Notes under the pieces: generated by a model
Seen by the model: only the letters and a program-made list of their open reading frames with translations
Database searches by the model: none
Told to the model about the DNA's origin: nothing
Translations under genes and position numbers: made by a program
Source of the DNA: Methylocystaceae bacterium
GTDB taxonomy: Bacteria; Bacillota; Syntrophomonadia; Syntrophomonadales; JBLNAA01
Direction of reading: 5' to 3'
DNA length: 63,723 nucleotides
Assembly (NCBI GenBank): GCA_050259135.1
Contig: JBLNAA010000071.1
Span: 1 to 63,723 of the forward strand
Shown here: positions 48,564 through 58,773 of the stretch, piece by piece
How positions within the stretch are numbered: position 1 is the stretch's first letter
Layout: each line of letters begins with the position of its first letter

Positions 48564-49409
48564 ATGGGTATACGAATAGCCACAGACAATTGTTGTGATC
48601 TCGATCAGGAATTATTGGATAAGTATAGAATTGCCGTAGGTCATCTGCGGGTTCGTTTTGGAGAAAAGGAGTATGCCCCCGGTCAGCTCAGCAATGCGGA
48701 ATTTTATCAAATGATGTCCTCGGCTGCTGTTTTACCTACTACCAGTCAACCTTCGGTTGACGACCTGGTTGAAATTTACACTGGAATGCTGGCCAGCGGT
48801 GATGAGGTTATTGCCATTCACCTTTCATCTGGTATTTCGGGTACGGTTCAGGGAGCGAACCTGGCGGCCGAGCTGGTAAATAATCCGCGTTTACACATCA
48901 TTGATTCATTAAAAGCATCTGTCGGTGAAGGACTTTTAGTCCTTCAGGCCGCCCGTATGGCAGATGGTAATCAGTCAGTTGACAGCATTCTTAGGCGCTT
49001 ACAGGAAATGCAGGACCGACTGCAATGCATATTCTTTGTCGGTAATCTGGATGCTTTGATCAAAGGTGGCCGCATATCGAAAGCCCGGGCCGCCATCGCC
49101 GGCGCTCTGGACATAAAACCGGTATTGTATTTTGATGAGCAGGGAAAAATCATGCCCTTAGAAAAAGTGCGTGGATTTAAACGGGGATTGAAGAGGTTGG
49201 TAGACATTATGGGGGAAATGAGCAGTACCCTGTCTGATCAGGTAGTGGGAGTATGCCACAGTGCTGATCCGGAAACCGCAGAATATATTAAAGCGGAAAT
49301 AATTAAGCAATACCATCCCCGTGAGGTAGTGGTAGGTGAGGTTGGACCGGTTATTGGTTCTCATGTAGGACCGGGAACTTTTTCGGTATTCTTTGAAAAG
49401 GATGCTTAA
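48564..49409 (+). CDS. DegV-family fatty-acid-binding protein
   Basis: Contains [16 protein letters not shown] and SSGISGT (DegV signatures). Confidence 0.9.
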   Translation: MGIRIATDNCCDLDQELLDKYRIAVGHLRVRFGEKEYAPGQLSNAEFYQMMSSAAVLPTTSQPSVDDLVEIYTGMLASGDEVIAIHLSSGISGTVQGANLAAELVNNPRLHIIDSLKASVGEGLLVLQAARMADGNQSVDSILRRLQEMQDRLQCIFFVGNLDALIKGGRISKARAAIAGALDIKPVLYFDEQGKIMPLEKVRGFKRGLKRLVDIMGEMSSTLSDQVVGVCHSADPETAEYIKAEIIKQYHPREVVVGEVGPVIGSHVGPGTFSVFFEKDA

Positions 49410-51349
49410 GACGGATCTTTAAGCAGTCCTAAATCTTTTAGCCGACGGTAAAGAGTGCGCCGTGAAATACCCAGGGCCTCTGCTGTCTTCGTCTTATTAA
49501 AGCGATTGTCGAGCAGACTGGCCAGAATGGCATGCTGGTCGGCATCCATCTGCGGCAGATTACCGGTGGGGTAGTCAAGGCCTGACGATGCCGGGCTTTC
49601 CATGTTCGGCAGTACTAAATCCAGGGTAATCACTGATCCCTGTACCATAGACACTGCTCCTTCTATTAAATTTTGTAATTCTCGGACATTACCCGGCCAA
49701 TGGTAATTAATGAAGGCCTGTTCCACCTCGGGAGCAAGCCGCAAACGGGGTTTGTTTAGCCGGGTGCAGATACGATCGAGGAATAGATTGGCCAGCAGCA
49801 GTATATCATCTCCCCGCTCGCGAAGCGGGGGAAGAGTTATCTTAATTACACCCAGCCGATAATAAAGATCACGCCTGAAGAGCCCCTTACTGATGTCTGC
49901 TTCCAGGTTGCGGTTAGTAGCAGCAATAATCCTTGCTCCCATAGGTATAACCTTATTTCCCCCCAACCGCATAATCTGTTTATCATCAAGCACCCGCAGC
50001 AGGGTGGCCTGCAGATCCAGCGGCATATCACCGATTTCATCGAGGAATATGGTGCCATTTCCAGCCAGCTCGAATTTTCCCATATTACCGCCTTTGCGAG
50101 CCCCGGTAAAAGCACCTTCATCATAACCAAATAATTCACTGGCAATCAGTTCCCGGGGAAGGGCGGCACAGTTGACTGCTACAAATGGCTGCATATGCCT
50201 CGGGCTGCCGTTATGCATAGCCTGAGCCAGAATATCTTTCCCGGTGCCGCTTTCACCCAATAACAATACATTGGATTTGGCGGCTGCTGCCACCCGGGCA
50301 TTATTGATTGTCTGACGAAATCCCTCATGGTTACCAACCAGGTCATCAAAATTCTTTTGAGCATTGCCGCCTACCATATTTCTTACCATGGATTTTAAGC
50401 GATGGCTTTCTCGAATTATCACCACCGTACCACCGGGGGTATCATTATGTGATTTCAAGGTATTACAGGTAATATTGAGACTTACCCGGTCTTTGCCGAT
50501 AACCAGCGATACCGGCTCATCATGGATATTTCTTTTTTGGGTTATGAGGTCAATCAGGTATTGATTGTCAGGGCTGATTTTTAGCAGGTCATAAATCGAG
50601 TGTCCCATTAAGGCGCCGCAGGTGCTGAATAAAAGGGAGGCACACTTGCTGTTAATAAAAGTGATTCTGCCCTTAAAGTCTACCACCATTACCCCGTCAA
50701 ACATTGATTCCATTATGATCTGGTGATAGCGATTGGCACGATCAAGGGTAATATTTGATTCAATGTGTTTAACCGCGGCTACCACCATCCCCAGAGTATG
50801 ATTGGAAAACCGGTTATGGGGAGCAATCATTCCCAGAGTGCCGATAATTTTGCCGTCATCGGTAATAGGGCAGAAGGAGCAGGCAGCGACATGGCAGAAC
50901 ATACAGAAATGCTCATAACCGGTTACTGATATCGGTTGTCCCAGGATAATGGAAAGGGCGCCCGCATTGGTTCCCATCATTGATTCCGGCCAGTTGGAGC
51001 CAATTACGATTTTACCGCGATCAGCCCAGGCCATCGCTTCAACGTCCCCAACCGTCTGCAGGGCACACAGCTTATCATCAGTCAAGCAGACTACAAAGCC
51101 CGTACCAGCAACAAATGCCGATAAGCTATTTATTACCGGCAAAGCCATATCTATTAAATAACGCGAATTGTTCTGCGCTTCACTGAGTTCGAGCTGGGTG
51201 CAGATATAGCAGTTTTCCTTTAGTTCCGGGTTAACCTGGTATTCGTAGCTGCGTTCCCAGGATTGGGCGATTTCAGGCCTTAATAATTTCCGCATATGGG
51301 TGTTGGCATGCAGTCCCTCCCACATGATGCGCAGGTCGCGGTTATCCAA
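49406..51349 (-). CDS. sigma-54-dependent transcriptional activator (GAF-like N-terminus, PAS, AAA+, Fis-type HTH)
   Basis: 647 aa. Contains GESGTGKD (Walker A), GAFTGA (sigma-54 contact loop), and the C-terminal [26 protein letters not shown] start after GGGGG. Confidence 0.92.
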   Translation of the reverse strand: MDNRDLRIMWEGLHANTHMRKLLRPEIAQSWERSYEYQVNPELKENCYICTQLELSEAQNNSRYLIDMALPVINSLSAFVAGTGFVVCLTDDKLCALQTVGDVEAMAWADRGKIVIGSNWPESMMGTNAGALSIILGQPISVTGYEHFCMFCHVAACSFCPITDDGKIIGTLGMIAPHNRFSNHTLGMVVAAVKHIESNITLDRANRYHQIIMESMFDGVMVVDFKGRITFINSKCASLLFSTCGALMGHSIYDLLKISPDNQYLIDLITQKRNIHDEPVSLVIGKDRVSLNITCNTLKSHNDTPGGTVVIIRESHRLKSMVRNMVGGNAQKNFDDLVGNHEGFRQTINNARVAAAAKSNVLLLGESGTGKDILAQAMHNGSPRHMQPFVAVNCAALPRELIASELFGYDEGAFTGARKGGNMGKFELAGNGTIFLDEIGDMPLDLQATLLRVLDDKQIMRLGGNKVIPMGARIIAATNRNLEADISKGLFRRDLYYRLGVIKITLPPLRERGDDILLLANLFLDRICTRLNKPRLRLAPEVEQAFINYHWPGNVRELQNLIEGAVSMVQGSVITLDLVLPNMESPASSGLDYPTGNLPQMDADQHAILASLLDNRFNKTKTAEALGISRRTLYRRLKDLGLLKDPS

Positions 51350-51790
51350 CCTAATACCCCCTAGAGCCCCTTAAGGTAAAACCTGTATTGCTGCAACACT
51401 ATTTATGAGCATTATATAATATTGAACAATTCCGACAGTGGGGGAAAATGCAAGATAATGTCGTTGGCCGAAAAAAATATGATCCCGGAAGTAAAATCCG
51501 GGGTCATATTTAACTTAAGTTGATCCTGATTAAGCCCAAAGGCCGCCTCCAGTGCGGCAAACTTCCTGGTAAAGCTGGCACTTTCCTGGTTAACCGCAAT
51601 AAACTGGCCAATTTTAGTAGTCATTATTAAGGGCTTGCCTTTGCCCTGGGTAAAATTACGGCTTATTTATTGCAGAATTTACCGAATAGTATGGAATTTT
51701 TAACTTTGTTGATAAACGTTAAAAATTTATAAGTTTTGTGGCACAATTAAATAATTGGGGGATTAGATAATTAAGGGGAGGGTAATTAAT

Positions 51791-53620
51791 ATGTCATCTA
51801 ATTTCATGAATTCCACCCGGGATCACAAGTTTATTTTCCGGGAATGGCTTGATATGGAAAAGGTCTTGTCCACTGAACGGTTTAAAGATGGATATGCAGT
51901 CGAAGATATCGATTTTATTCTCGATAACGCACTCAAGGGCTGCAAGGAAGTGATTGCTCCCACCTGTGAGGACTCTGATAAGATCGGGAGCCATTATGTT
52001 AACGGCAAGGTTGTGACTCCTGAATCTACGAAGACCGCATACTGGTTTATCCAGAATAATGGCTTGTGCAGCAGCAATTATGACCCAGAAGATCCATCTG
52101 CCGTCCCTTTGTCAGTACTATGGGCCATGCTCGAGTATATTATCGGCGCCAATCCTTCGATGGGAACGCTTTACCTGGCTACCGGCAGTGCCGCCGGATT
52201 AATTCAGGATTTTGGCAGTGAAGAATTAAAGGCAGCTTATCTGGCCAAGATGTACAGCGGACAATGGGCGGGTACCATGGATTTAACCGAACCTTCAGCC
52301 GGATCTGAAGTAGGCAACCTCACCACCAAGGCAGTGCCTACTGAAACTCCAGGGGTTTACAAAATAAAAGGCAGCAAATGCTTCATCAGCGGCGGGGAAC
52401 AGGACATGACTGAAAACATCATTCATCTGGCGTTAGCCAGGATAGAAGGATGCAGGCCTGGTACTGCCGGTATATCGCTGTTTGTTGTCCCCAAGTTCTT
52501 GCCGGATGAAAACGGTAATCCCGGTAAGTTTAACGATATCAATTGTGCCGGAATAGAACATAAATTAGGCTTGAAAGGCAATCCCACCTGCATAATTAAC
52601 TTCGGTGAAAATAGTGACTGCCTGGGCTTTCTGCTTGGTGATATTCCTGGTGAAGACGGTATCGGCCAGGGTCTGGCGCAGATGTTCAATATGATGAATG
52701 AAGAACGCCTGATGTCTGGATTATCGGCCACCGCCTGCGCCGCAGTGGCTTATAACAACGCGGCTGATTATGCCCGGCAGCGGATACAGGGCAAAACCAC
52801 TGCTGATCCCAAGGGTGGCTCAGTTCCCATCATCAAACACGAGGATGTGCGTCGCAGCCTGATGTTCCAGAAATCACACATAGAAGCCTTCCGGGCCATG
52901 ATTATTGGTACTTTCTTTATGGTTGACCTGAAAAACTACAGCAGCGATCCTGAACTGGTTAAATGGGCTAAAGATCGAATCGAGGTAAACACCCCGCTGG
53001 TAAAAGCCTATTGCTCGGATTTGGCCTTGGAGTGTATCAGTTCCGCACTGCAGGTTTATGGTGGTTATGGGTTCTCCGAAGAGTATCCTTGCGCCGAGCT
53101 TTATCGGGATGCCCGTATTTATCCGATCTGGGAAGGAACCAACTATATCCAGTCGATGGACTTATGCGGCCGGAAAATGACTATGAAAAAAGGCCAGGTA
53201 TTTGCTGACTGGCTGCAGGAGATCAAGGACTTTGCCGCTAAACCGACGGCGGAATTTACTCGCGAATATGAGCTGTTAAATCGGGCGATTGGCAAATATG
53301 ATGAGTTGTTCTCGGTCTTTAATGGTTACCGGGCAGAAGGAAAAGAAGCAGTGATTAAACTGTATGCCACCCGAATGCTGCACGCCACCGGCAAACTATA
53401 TGCCGCCAAGCTGCTGCTGGAGATGGCTTTAATAGCCCAAAAACAGTGCGATACTCTGGGCAGTGAACATTATGACTATGCTTTCTATGCCGGAAAGGCA
53501 GCCTCAGCTCGTTTCTTTATCCGCAATGTTCTTCCGGAAATTGGAGCTTTCCTGGAGGTGGTGCAGGAGTGTGATACCACTGCTGTTGATATAGTGGAAG
53601 ATGCTTTAGGTATTGCCTAA
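51791..53620 (+). CDS. long-form acyl-CoA dehydrogenase (about 600-aa class with extra N- and C-terminal domains)
   Basis: 609 aa. Contains TEPSAGSEVG and IYPIWEGTNYIQSMDL (catalytic Glu region). SD AAGGGGAGGG. Confidence 0.88.
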   Translation: MSSNFMNSTRDHKFIFREWLDMEKVLSTERFKDGYAVEDIDFILDNALKGCKEVIAPTCEDSDKIGSHYVNGKVVTPESTKTAYWFIQNNGLCSSNYDPEDPSAVPLSVLWAMLEYIIGANPSMGTLYLATGSAAGLIQDFGSEELKAAYLAKMYSGQWAGTMDLTEPSAGSEVGNLTTKAVPTETPGVYKIKGSKCFISGGEQDMTENIIHLALARIEGCRPGTAGISLFVVPKFLPDENGNPGKFNDINCAGIEHKLGLKGNPTCIINFGENSDCLGFLLGDIPGEDGIGQGLAQMFNMMNEERLMSGLSATACAAVAYNNAADYARQRIQGKTTADPKGGSVPIIKHEDVRRSLMFQKSHIEAFRAMIIGTFFMVDLKNYSSDPELVKWAKDRIEVNTPLVKAYCSDLALECISSALQVYGGYGFSEEYPCAELYRDARIYPIWEGTNYIQSMDLCGRKMTMKKGQVFADWLQEIKDFAAKPTAEFTREYELLNRAIGKYDELFSVFNGYRAEGKEAVIKLYATRMLHATGKLYAAKLLLEMALIAQKQCDTLGSEHYDYAFYAGKAASARFFIRNVLPEIGAFLEVVQECDTTAVDIVEDALGIA

Positions 53621-53651
53621 TCAGGCACATAAATAAAACAAGATCTGATGG

Positions 53652-53677
53652 AGGGCGGCTGTAATCAGCCGCCCTTT
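53652..53677 (+). terminator. hairpin after the acyl-CoA dehydrogenase gene
   Basis: AGGGCGGCTG-TAAT-CAGCCGCCCT forms a 10-bp stem, but only a short TTT follows. Confidence 0.6.
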
Positions 53678-53801
53678 ACATTGGGAAAAACCATAGGACC
53701 CGGGCTTGCCGGATTTGATCTATTCAGTGGTATTTTCAAAGTTTGGACATGCTATCATGTAAGAGTGATTGTCCGGCAACATTTATCCCGGGAGGATAAC
53801 T

Positions 53802-54488
53802 TTGATAAACAAGAAAACACAGATAATTATATATGCCGGGGTTGGTATCATATTATTAGGCTTGATGATTTACTTTACTATAACCCTGGTCCCCGATATC
53901 AGAAAGCTGGTAGGAGATTCTGAGCATTTTAAAGCTTATCTGCTTTCATTTGGCCCTTTTGCGGCCGGTGTTTTTATTCTGCTGCAAATTATTCAGGTGG
54001 TATTGCCAGCGGTACCCGGGGAACTGCTTCAGTTTGCCGGGGGTTATGTCTTTGGTATCTGGCGCGGTACTCTTTATAATGTAGTCGGAATTTTCCTGGG
54101 CAGTACCATTGCATTTTTACTGGCCAGACTAATCGGGCTGCCGTTAGTCAGATACCTGGTTCCAGAACAGCAGCTGCAGCGATTTGATTTCGTGTTTAGG
54201 AGCCGGAAAGCCGACTTAATCATAATTGTGCTTTTCTTCATCCCCGGGCTGCCCAAGGATTTTCTCACCTATATAGCTGGTTTAACCCCGGTACATCCAG
54301 TTACTTTTTTATTAATTACCACTATTGCACGTTTCCCGGCTAATTTTGCCGCTACTTATATGGGAGCCAACCTCATCAGGGGTAATACCAATATGGTGGT
54401 TCTGTTGGTGGCGGCTGCCCTGATTTTGCTGATTGCGGCCTATCTTTTCCGTCAGCGGATTATGGACTACCTGCGCCAGCTGGGTTAG
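53802..54488 (+). CDS. TVP38/TMEM64 (DedA/SNARE-associated) family membrane protein
   Basis: Contains VPGELLQFAGGYVFGIWRGTLYNVVG. TTG 53802 lies 6 nt after GGGAGGA. Confidence 0.85.
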   Translation: MINKKTQIIIYAGVGIILLGLMIYFTITLVPDIRKLVGDSEHFKAYLLSFGPFAAGVFILLQIIQVVLPAVPGELLQFAGGYVFGIWRGTLYNVVGIFLGSTIAFLLARLIGLPLVRYLVPEQQLQRFDFVFRSRKADLIIIVLFFIPGLPKDFLTYIAGLTPVHPVTFLLITTIARFPANFAATYMGANLIRGNTNMVVLLVAAALILLIAAYLFRQRIMDYLRQLG

Positions 54489-54562
54489 AATACTTGTACT
54501 CTATAATGGGTTATGATACCATTTTCCAAATTCCATAAAAGCTGTTGTTAGGGAGATGTAAT

Positions 54563-55075
54563 ATGAATTTTGATTATGTTGAGGAAAAAATGTGGAAACA
54601 GTTAGCTATTGATTTTGCCAAACGCTGGTCATCTCATGATGGACTCTGGTTTCAAGCGGCAGAACTGCATTTTGGTATCGAGAGTGCGATAGAGCTTGAT
54701 ATAGAAGCCTGGGAGCGGCAGACGGTTCTGGAGGCCAAGCGAATAATGACCTTGCTGGAACTGCAGCCCGGAGGTGGACTTAATGCATTGGAGACCTGCC
54801 TCAAGTATCGCCTGGCTGCCTTTATCAATGAACAGCATTCCGAGCGAACTGATGATAACACCCTGATTTTTTATATGGATGACTGTCGGGTGCAGCGGGC
54901 ACGTGAGCAAAAACAGCTGGAGGCCTTTCCCTGTAAACCGGTGGGATTGATCGAGTATCGCAAATTTGCGGAGACTATTGACCCCCGAATTGAAACTGAG
55001 TGTTTTGGATGCCCGCCTGATGCCAAAAATGACAGCTGGCATTGTGCCTGGAAATTCACAATTGCTAAAGCATAG
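54563..55075 (+). CDS. conserved hypothetical protein with C-terminal Cys residues (DUF6125-like; family name from memory)
   Basis: 170 aa. Contains HDGLWFQ, FPCKPVG, ECFGCPPD and WHCAW. ATG 54563 follows AGGGAG. Confidence 0.6.
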   Translation: MNFDYVEEKMWKQLAIDFAKRWSSHDGLWFQAAELHFGIESAIELDIEAWERQTVLEAKRIMTLLELQPGGGLNALETCLKYRLAAFINEQHSERTDDNTLIFYMDDCRVQRAREQKQLEAFPCKPVGLIEYRKFAETIDPRIETECFGCPPDAKNDSWHCAWKFTIAKA

Positions 55076-55080
55076 ATCAT

Positions 55081-55118
55081 ACCACCCGCCAGGGCAAGCC
55101 TGGTTGGGTGGTGTTTTT
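55081..55118 (+). terminator. intrinsic terminator
   Basis: ACCACCCGCCAGG-GCAAG-CCTGGTTGGGTGGT followed by GTTTTT. Confidence 0.8.
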
Positions 55119-55285
55119 CTGCTGCCATCCGGGTTGGCAATTTTGACAATGCAGGGTCAGATCGCCCCATAACTGGGTACAGAAGGGCCCAGGCACCAGG
55201 CGTAGCAAATCAAGTATGGTAATCTTCGCTAGACCGCGGTCACAAAAAACTACTTCTTAACCATAAGTTATCAGGTACTGCCCTT

Positions 55286-56572
55286 TTATCCGGCAGTTTT
55301 CCGCAAAATAGTTACCCCGCAGCAGAATTCCTCGACTGATACCACCCCGCCGCCGTTCTCAACCAGACCGATTTCCGCATCCTTGACCTGCCGTTGCCCG
55401 GCTTCACCGCGAAGCTGGATAATAATTTCATTTATCTGACTGAGTCCGGTGGCTGCCACCGGATGCCCTTTCGATTCTAATCCCCCGGAGGTGTTGATCG
55501 GCGTTTTGCCGTCATAGCGGGTAGCTCCGGATTCAATAAGTTCGCCGCCCTGGCCTACCGGACAAAATCCCAACATTTCAGCTTGATAGATTTCACAAAA
55601 GGCGGTAGCATCATGAACCTCTGCCAGATCGATGTCAGAAGGTTCGATTCGGGCTGACTGATAGGCTCTTTGAGCTGCCCAATGGCTGAGAGAAGGCTCA
55701 ACAATGCTGCGTTCATGGCCTCCGGATATAACACTGGCCAAAACTTGAACTGCCCGGCTGCGGATGGACAGCGGCAGGTTTTTCAAATAATCTTCGGAAC
55801 AGAGGATGGCAGCAGCAGCGCCGTCGCCTAAGGGTGCGCACATGGCTCTGGTTAACGGCCAGCTTACTTCATAATCGCTCAGGACTTTTTCTACCGGCAC
55901 GGGAAACTGATACTGGGCCAGCGGGTTTAATGAACCGTGAAAGTGGTTCTTAGATGCAGCTATCGCCAGCTGATTTCTGGTAGTTCCCCACTTCCACATG
56001 TGCCAGGCCGCCTGGGTTGCGTAGGTGTCCATAAAGAGCGTATGGCTTACACCGCCGCTCCATATCTTGCCGCATTCCTGACCTATTTCCTGGTATTGCT
56101 TAATGAGGCTGGCCAGCTCAGAAACGTCGACACCCCCGGTAAAAGCCTGAATAACCATGGCCGGGTGTTTTGGATACCAGGTTTTTTCCACCCCCAGAGC
56201 CAGTGATACCTGCACCAGGCCGCTCATAATATCTTTATAAGCGCCGTGGAAAGCCAGGGAACCACCAGCACATGCCCCTTCAACGTTAATACAGGGAATA
56301 CGTTTAGGAACCAAACCTTCATTTACCAGGGGAGCCATAGCGACCTGACCGCGGACATTCATCTGCCCGGGAATGCCGGGGTCATCTTCTGATGGGGGTA
56401 CACTGTTGCCCCAGCCGGAGTTGGAAAACCAGATAAATTCAAGATCTTCGGCCGGAATGCCAGCATCATCTCTTACCCCCAAATAAGCCATTCGGGTCAA
56501 GTCTTTATGGGTTTTGTCTTCCCAGCGTTTGAACTGGGTGGAATAAGAACCGATGACATACACCTTTGTCAT
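55286..56572 (-). CDS. thiolase-like protein (SCP-x / non-specific lipid-transfer-type thiolase family)
   Basis: 428 aa. Contains INVEGACAGGSLAF (nucleophile Cys region), EVHDATAF and NTSGGLESKGHP (C-terminal His region). SD AAAGGAGTG. Confidence 0.85.
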   Translation of the reverse strand: MTKVYVIGSYSTQFKRWEDKTHKDLTRMAYLGVRDDAGIPAEDLEFIWFSNSGWGNSVPPSEDDPGIPGQMNVRGQVAMAPLVNEGLVPKRIPCINVEGACAGGSLAFHGAYKDIMSGLVQVSLALGVEKTWYPKHPAMVIQAFTGGVDVSELASLIKQYQEIGQECGKIWSGGVSHTLFMDTYATQAAWHMWKWGTTRNQLAIAASKNHFHGSLNPLAQYQFPVPVEKVLSDYEVSWPLTRAMCAPLGDGAAAAILCSEDYLKNLPLSIRSRAVQVLASVISGGHERSIVEPSLSHWAAQRAYQSARIEPSDIDLAEVHDATAFCEIYQAEMLGFCPVGQGGELIESGATRYDGKTPINTSGGLESKGHPVAATGLSQINEIIIQLRGEAGQRQVKDAEIGLVENGGGVVSVEEFCCGVTILRKTAG

Positions 56573-56623
56573 TGAAAATCACTCCTTTTAACTATTGGAG
56601 ATAATGCTTTCAACTTGGATAAC

Positions 56624-56639
56624 AGCAAGATATATGCCA
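56624..56639 (-). promoter_or_regulatory. sigma-54 (-24/-12) promoter of the thiolase-like gene
   Basis: The minus strand reads TGGCATATATCTTGCT, matching TGGCAC-N5-TTGCW with exact GG-N10-GC spacing. It lies 52 nt upstream of the ATG, and a sigma-54 activator gene is adjacent and divergent. Confidence 0.8.
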
Positions 56640-56844
56640 AATAGCAGCCGCCCAATTAATCGGCAGCTGTGATAACCGACTGCAGCTTCCGGTTGCACTA
56701 TTGAGACAGTGTACTCTGGGCATTGAAAAAACAGCTGAATTAACCTGTTGCAGTTCTGCATCACCCTTTATAAGAGGTGAAACATAAAATTGCCGATGGA
56801 CAAATATTCTAACTACTATAGAAGGGCAGAAAGGGGGGGTGATT

Positions 56845-58575
56845 ATGAAAACGGATTTCACTGGTTGGTTGTGGGCAGAACTGGCAGGGTACTTGCCCCC
56901 GGTATGGGTGGTGCAGCCAGACGGGAAAATACTCTGGAGCAGCTGTCCGGATACGGGGAAGGGGTTATTTATCCAGGGGGATAGCCTGAGCGCTGATATT
57001 GCGGAGCTAATCACCAGTGAAGCCGGAGAAGCCAGATTGAACATAGCCGAAGAAGCTTATGAGGTTGCCTGGATGCCTGCTCATTTAGCCGACCAAGAAG
57101 TCCTACTGGTGATTGCGGACCCTTATTCATATACTGCCTGGTTAAAAACAGCTTATCGGCAAATTCAGAAGCAGAGCCAAACCCTGAGGCAGCTCTTCAA
57201 TCTCCCTTACGAAGGGACTATCTACGTCGACAGCGGCGGCATTATTCAAATGGTTAATGATGCGTTTTGCACCTATGTCGGAATTAACGCGGAGGATTTA
57301 ATCGGTCATGCTCTGGATGACTACAAAATCGACCCGGGTTTATTAGAAACCATTCGCACGGGTAAGCCCGATTACCTGGCCTTTTATCCCCAACCCAAGC
57401 TGATTGCTTCCCGGCAGCCGGTATTTCAGTCTGGAAGAGTTATTGGCGCTTTTGGCCGTTATGGAGCCCTGGATCTTAAGTGTATTGAGCGCAGGATATT
57501 GGATGCCAACGATTACATTGATATTGTTTCCGGTATGAAGACCAGAGATATCCTGTTCAATGTCAGTCAGTTCTTAATCGAGCTTAATTCTTATAAGGAT
57601 GAATTTCGGCGGTTACACTCCAGTAATGCTGGTATCGAGAGCATTAAGGGCAGCTCTCCGGCAATAACCAAACTGAAAGCCGATGTGCTGCAGATTTGCC
57701 ATTCGCCGTCCTCAGTTTTAATCACCGGTGAAAGTGGAACCGGCAAGGAATTGTTTGCTCAGGCGATTCATTATCATGGTGACCGGCGGATATATCCTTT
57801 TGTGAAAGTAAATTGTGCTGCTATTCCTGAAAGTCTTCTAGAATCAGAGCTGTTTGGCTATGTAGAAGGGGCTTTTACCGGTGCCCGTAAAAAAGGGAAG
57901 ATGGGCAAATTTGAACTGGCCAACCAGGGGGTGGTATTCCTTGATGAAATTGGGGACATGTCATTAGCCATGCAGGCCAAATTGCTGCGGGTCCTGCAGG
58001 AAAAGGAAATCGAGAGGGTGGGGGATGAAAAAAGTATTGCCATTGATGTACGGATTGTATCAGCCACCAACCAGGACCTAATGCAGTTAGTTAATCAGGG
58101 ACGGTTTCGGCCCGATTTATATTATCGCCTAAATGTAATTAACCTGCATATTCCCCCCCTGCGGGAACGTCGTGATGACATCTCCGAAATCTGTGAATAT
58201 GTGATTGAGGAGCTAAACCGTAAGCTGCACCACAGTATCACCCAAATTTCTCCGCAGGCATTGGAATTATTGACTGCCTATAACTGGCCCGGCAACATCA
58301 GAGAATTAATTAATGTACTGGAAACGGCCATGAATTTCTGCCGGGGAAACGTTCTAGAGGCCGAAGGCCTGCCCATTTTTTTGCAGCCGGCAGGTAGAAT
58401 TGGTAATGCTGAAGTAACCGGACAGGATTTACATAGTGATTTGACCAGATTAGAAAAGGAAAAAATTCTGGCGGCATTAAAATGCAGTCAGGGAGAACGT
58501 CAGATGGCAGCAGAGCTGCTGGGGATATCCCGCAGTACCTTGTATCGGCTGATGAAAAAACACCGCTTGCTGTAA
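56845..58575 (+). CDS. sigma-54-dependent transcriptional activator (unknown N-terminal sensor, PAS, AAA+, HTH)
   Basis: Contains GESGTGKE, GAFTGA and the HTH MAAELLGISRSTLYRLMKK. ATG 56845 follows AAAGGGGGGG. Confidence 0.92.
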   Translation: MKTDFTGWLWAELAGYLPPVWVVQPDGKILWSSCPDTGKGLFIQGDSLSADIAELITSEAGEARLNIAEEAYEVAWMPAHLADQEVLLVIADPYSYTAWLKTAYRQIQKQSQTLRQLFNLPYEGTIYVDSGGIIQMVNDAFCTYVGINAEDLIGHALDDYKIDPGLLETIRTGKPDYLAFYPQPKLIASRQPVFQSGRVIGAFGRYGALDLKCIERRILDANDYIDIVSGMKTRDILFNVSQFLIELNSYKDEFRRLHSSNAGIESIKGSSPAITKLKADVLQICHSPSSVLITGESGTGKELFAQAIHYHGDRRIYPFVKVNCAAIPESLLESELFGYVEGAFTGARKKGKMGKFELANQGVVFLDEIGDMSLAMQAKLLRVLQEKEIERVGDEKSIAIDVRIVSATNQDLMQLVNQGRFRPDLYYRLNVINLHIPPLRERRDDISEICEYVIEELNRKLHHSITQISPQALELLTAYNWPGNIRELINVLETAMNFCRGNVLEAEGLPIFLQPAGRIGNAEVTGQDLHSDLTRLEKEKILAALKCSQGERQMAAELLGISRSTLYRLMKKHRLL

Positions 58576-58623
58576 TCTGTGGACCTCATTAGCATCCCGA
58601 CAGCGACGTTACCAAGTAGGCAG

Positions 58624-58676
58624 TTCCCCAAGAGGGTTTTCCCCCAAGAGGACTTCCTCGTTACGCACCCCAAGGG
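58624..58676. repeat. three copies of a C-rich decamer (TTCCCCAAGAGG, TTCCCCCAAGAGG, ACCCCAAGGG) in a GC-rich intergenic island
   Basis: Read directly from the sequence at 58624-58635, 58639-58651 and 58667-58676. Confidence 0.8.
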
Positions 58677-58773
58677 CACTTCCGTTGGGCGCTCACAGCG
58701 CCTCGCTATGCTCGGGCATTTTCGCTAGAACGGACGTAGAGTAAAGGAATGGATCAGTCTACAGAAAAAAGGC

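Noticed and set aside
51412-51624. 70-aa minus-strand ORF directly upstream of the first sigma-54 activator.
   Set aside because: It has no SD, an odd hydrophobic C-terminus and no recognisable motif. It lies in the regulatory region shared with the acyl-CoA dehydrogenase gene.
51739-51754. TGGCAC hexamer 47 nt upstream of the acyl-CoA dehydrogenase ATG, considered as a sigma-54 promoter.
   Set aside because: The -24 element is exact, but the -12 position reads AATA instead of TTGC (no GC at GG-N10). It is plausible given the adjacent activator but is not supportable as a call. 5' end mapping would decide.
58576-58773. Homology between the 58.6-kb GC-rich island and the 14.1-14.3-kb element.
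   Set aside because: I could align only short patches by eye (about 16 of 19 nt, plus a CTAG(G)CGAAA block in opposite relative orientation). That is insufficient to claim a repeat family without a genome-wide search.
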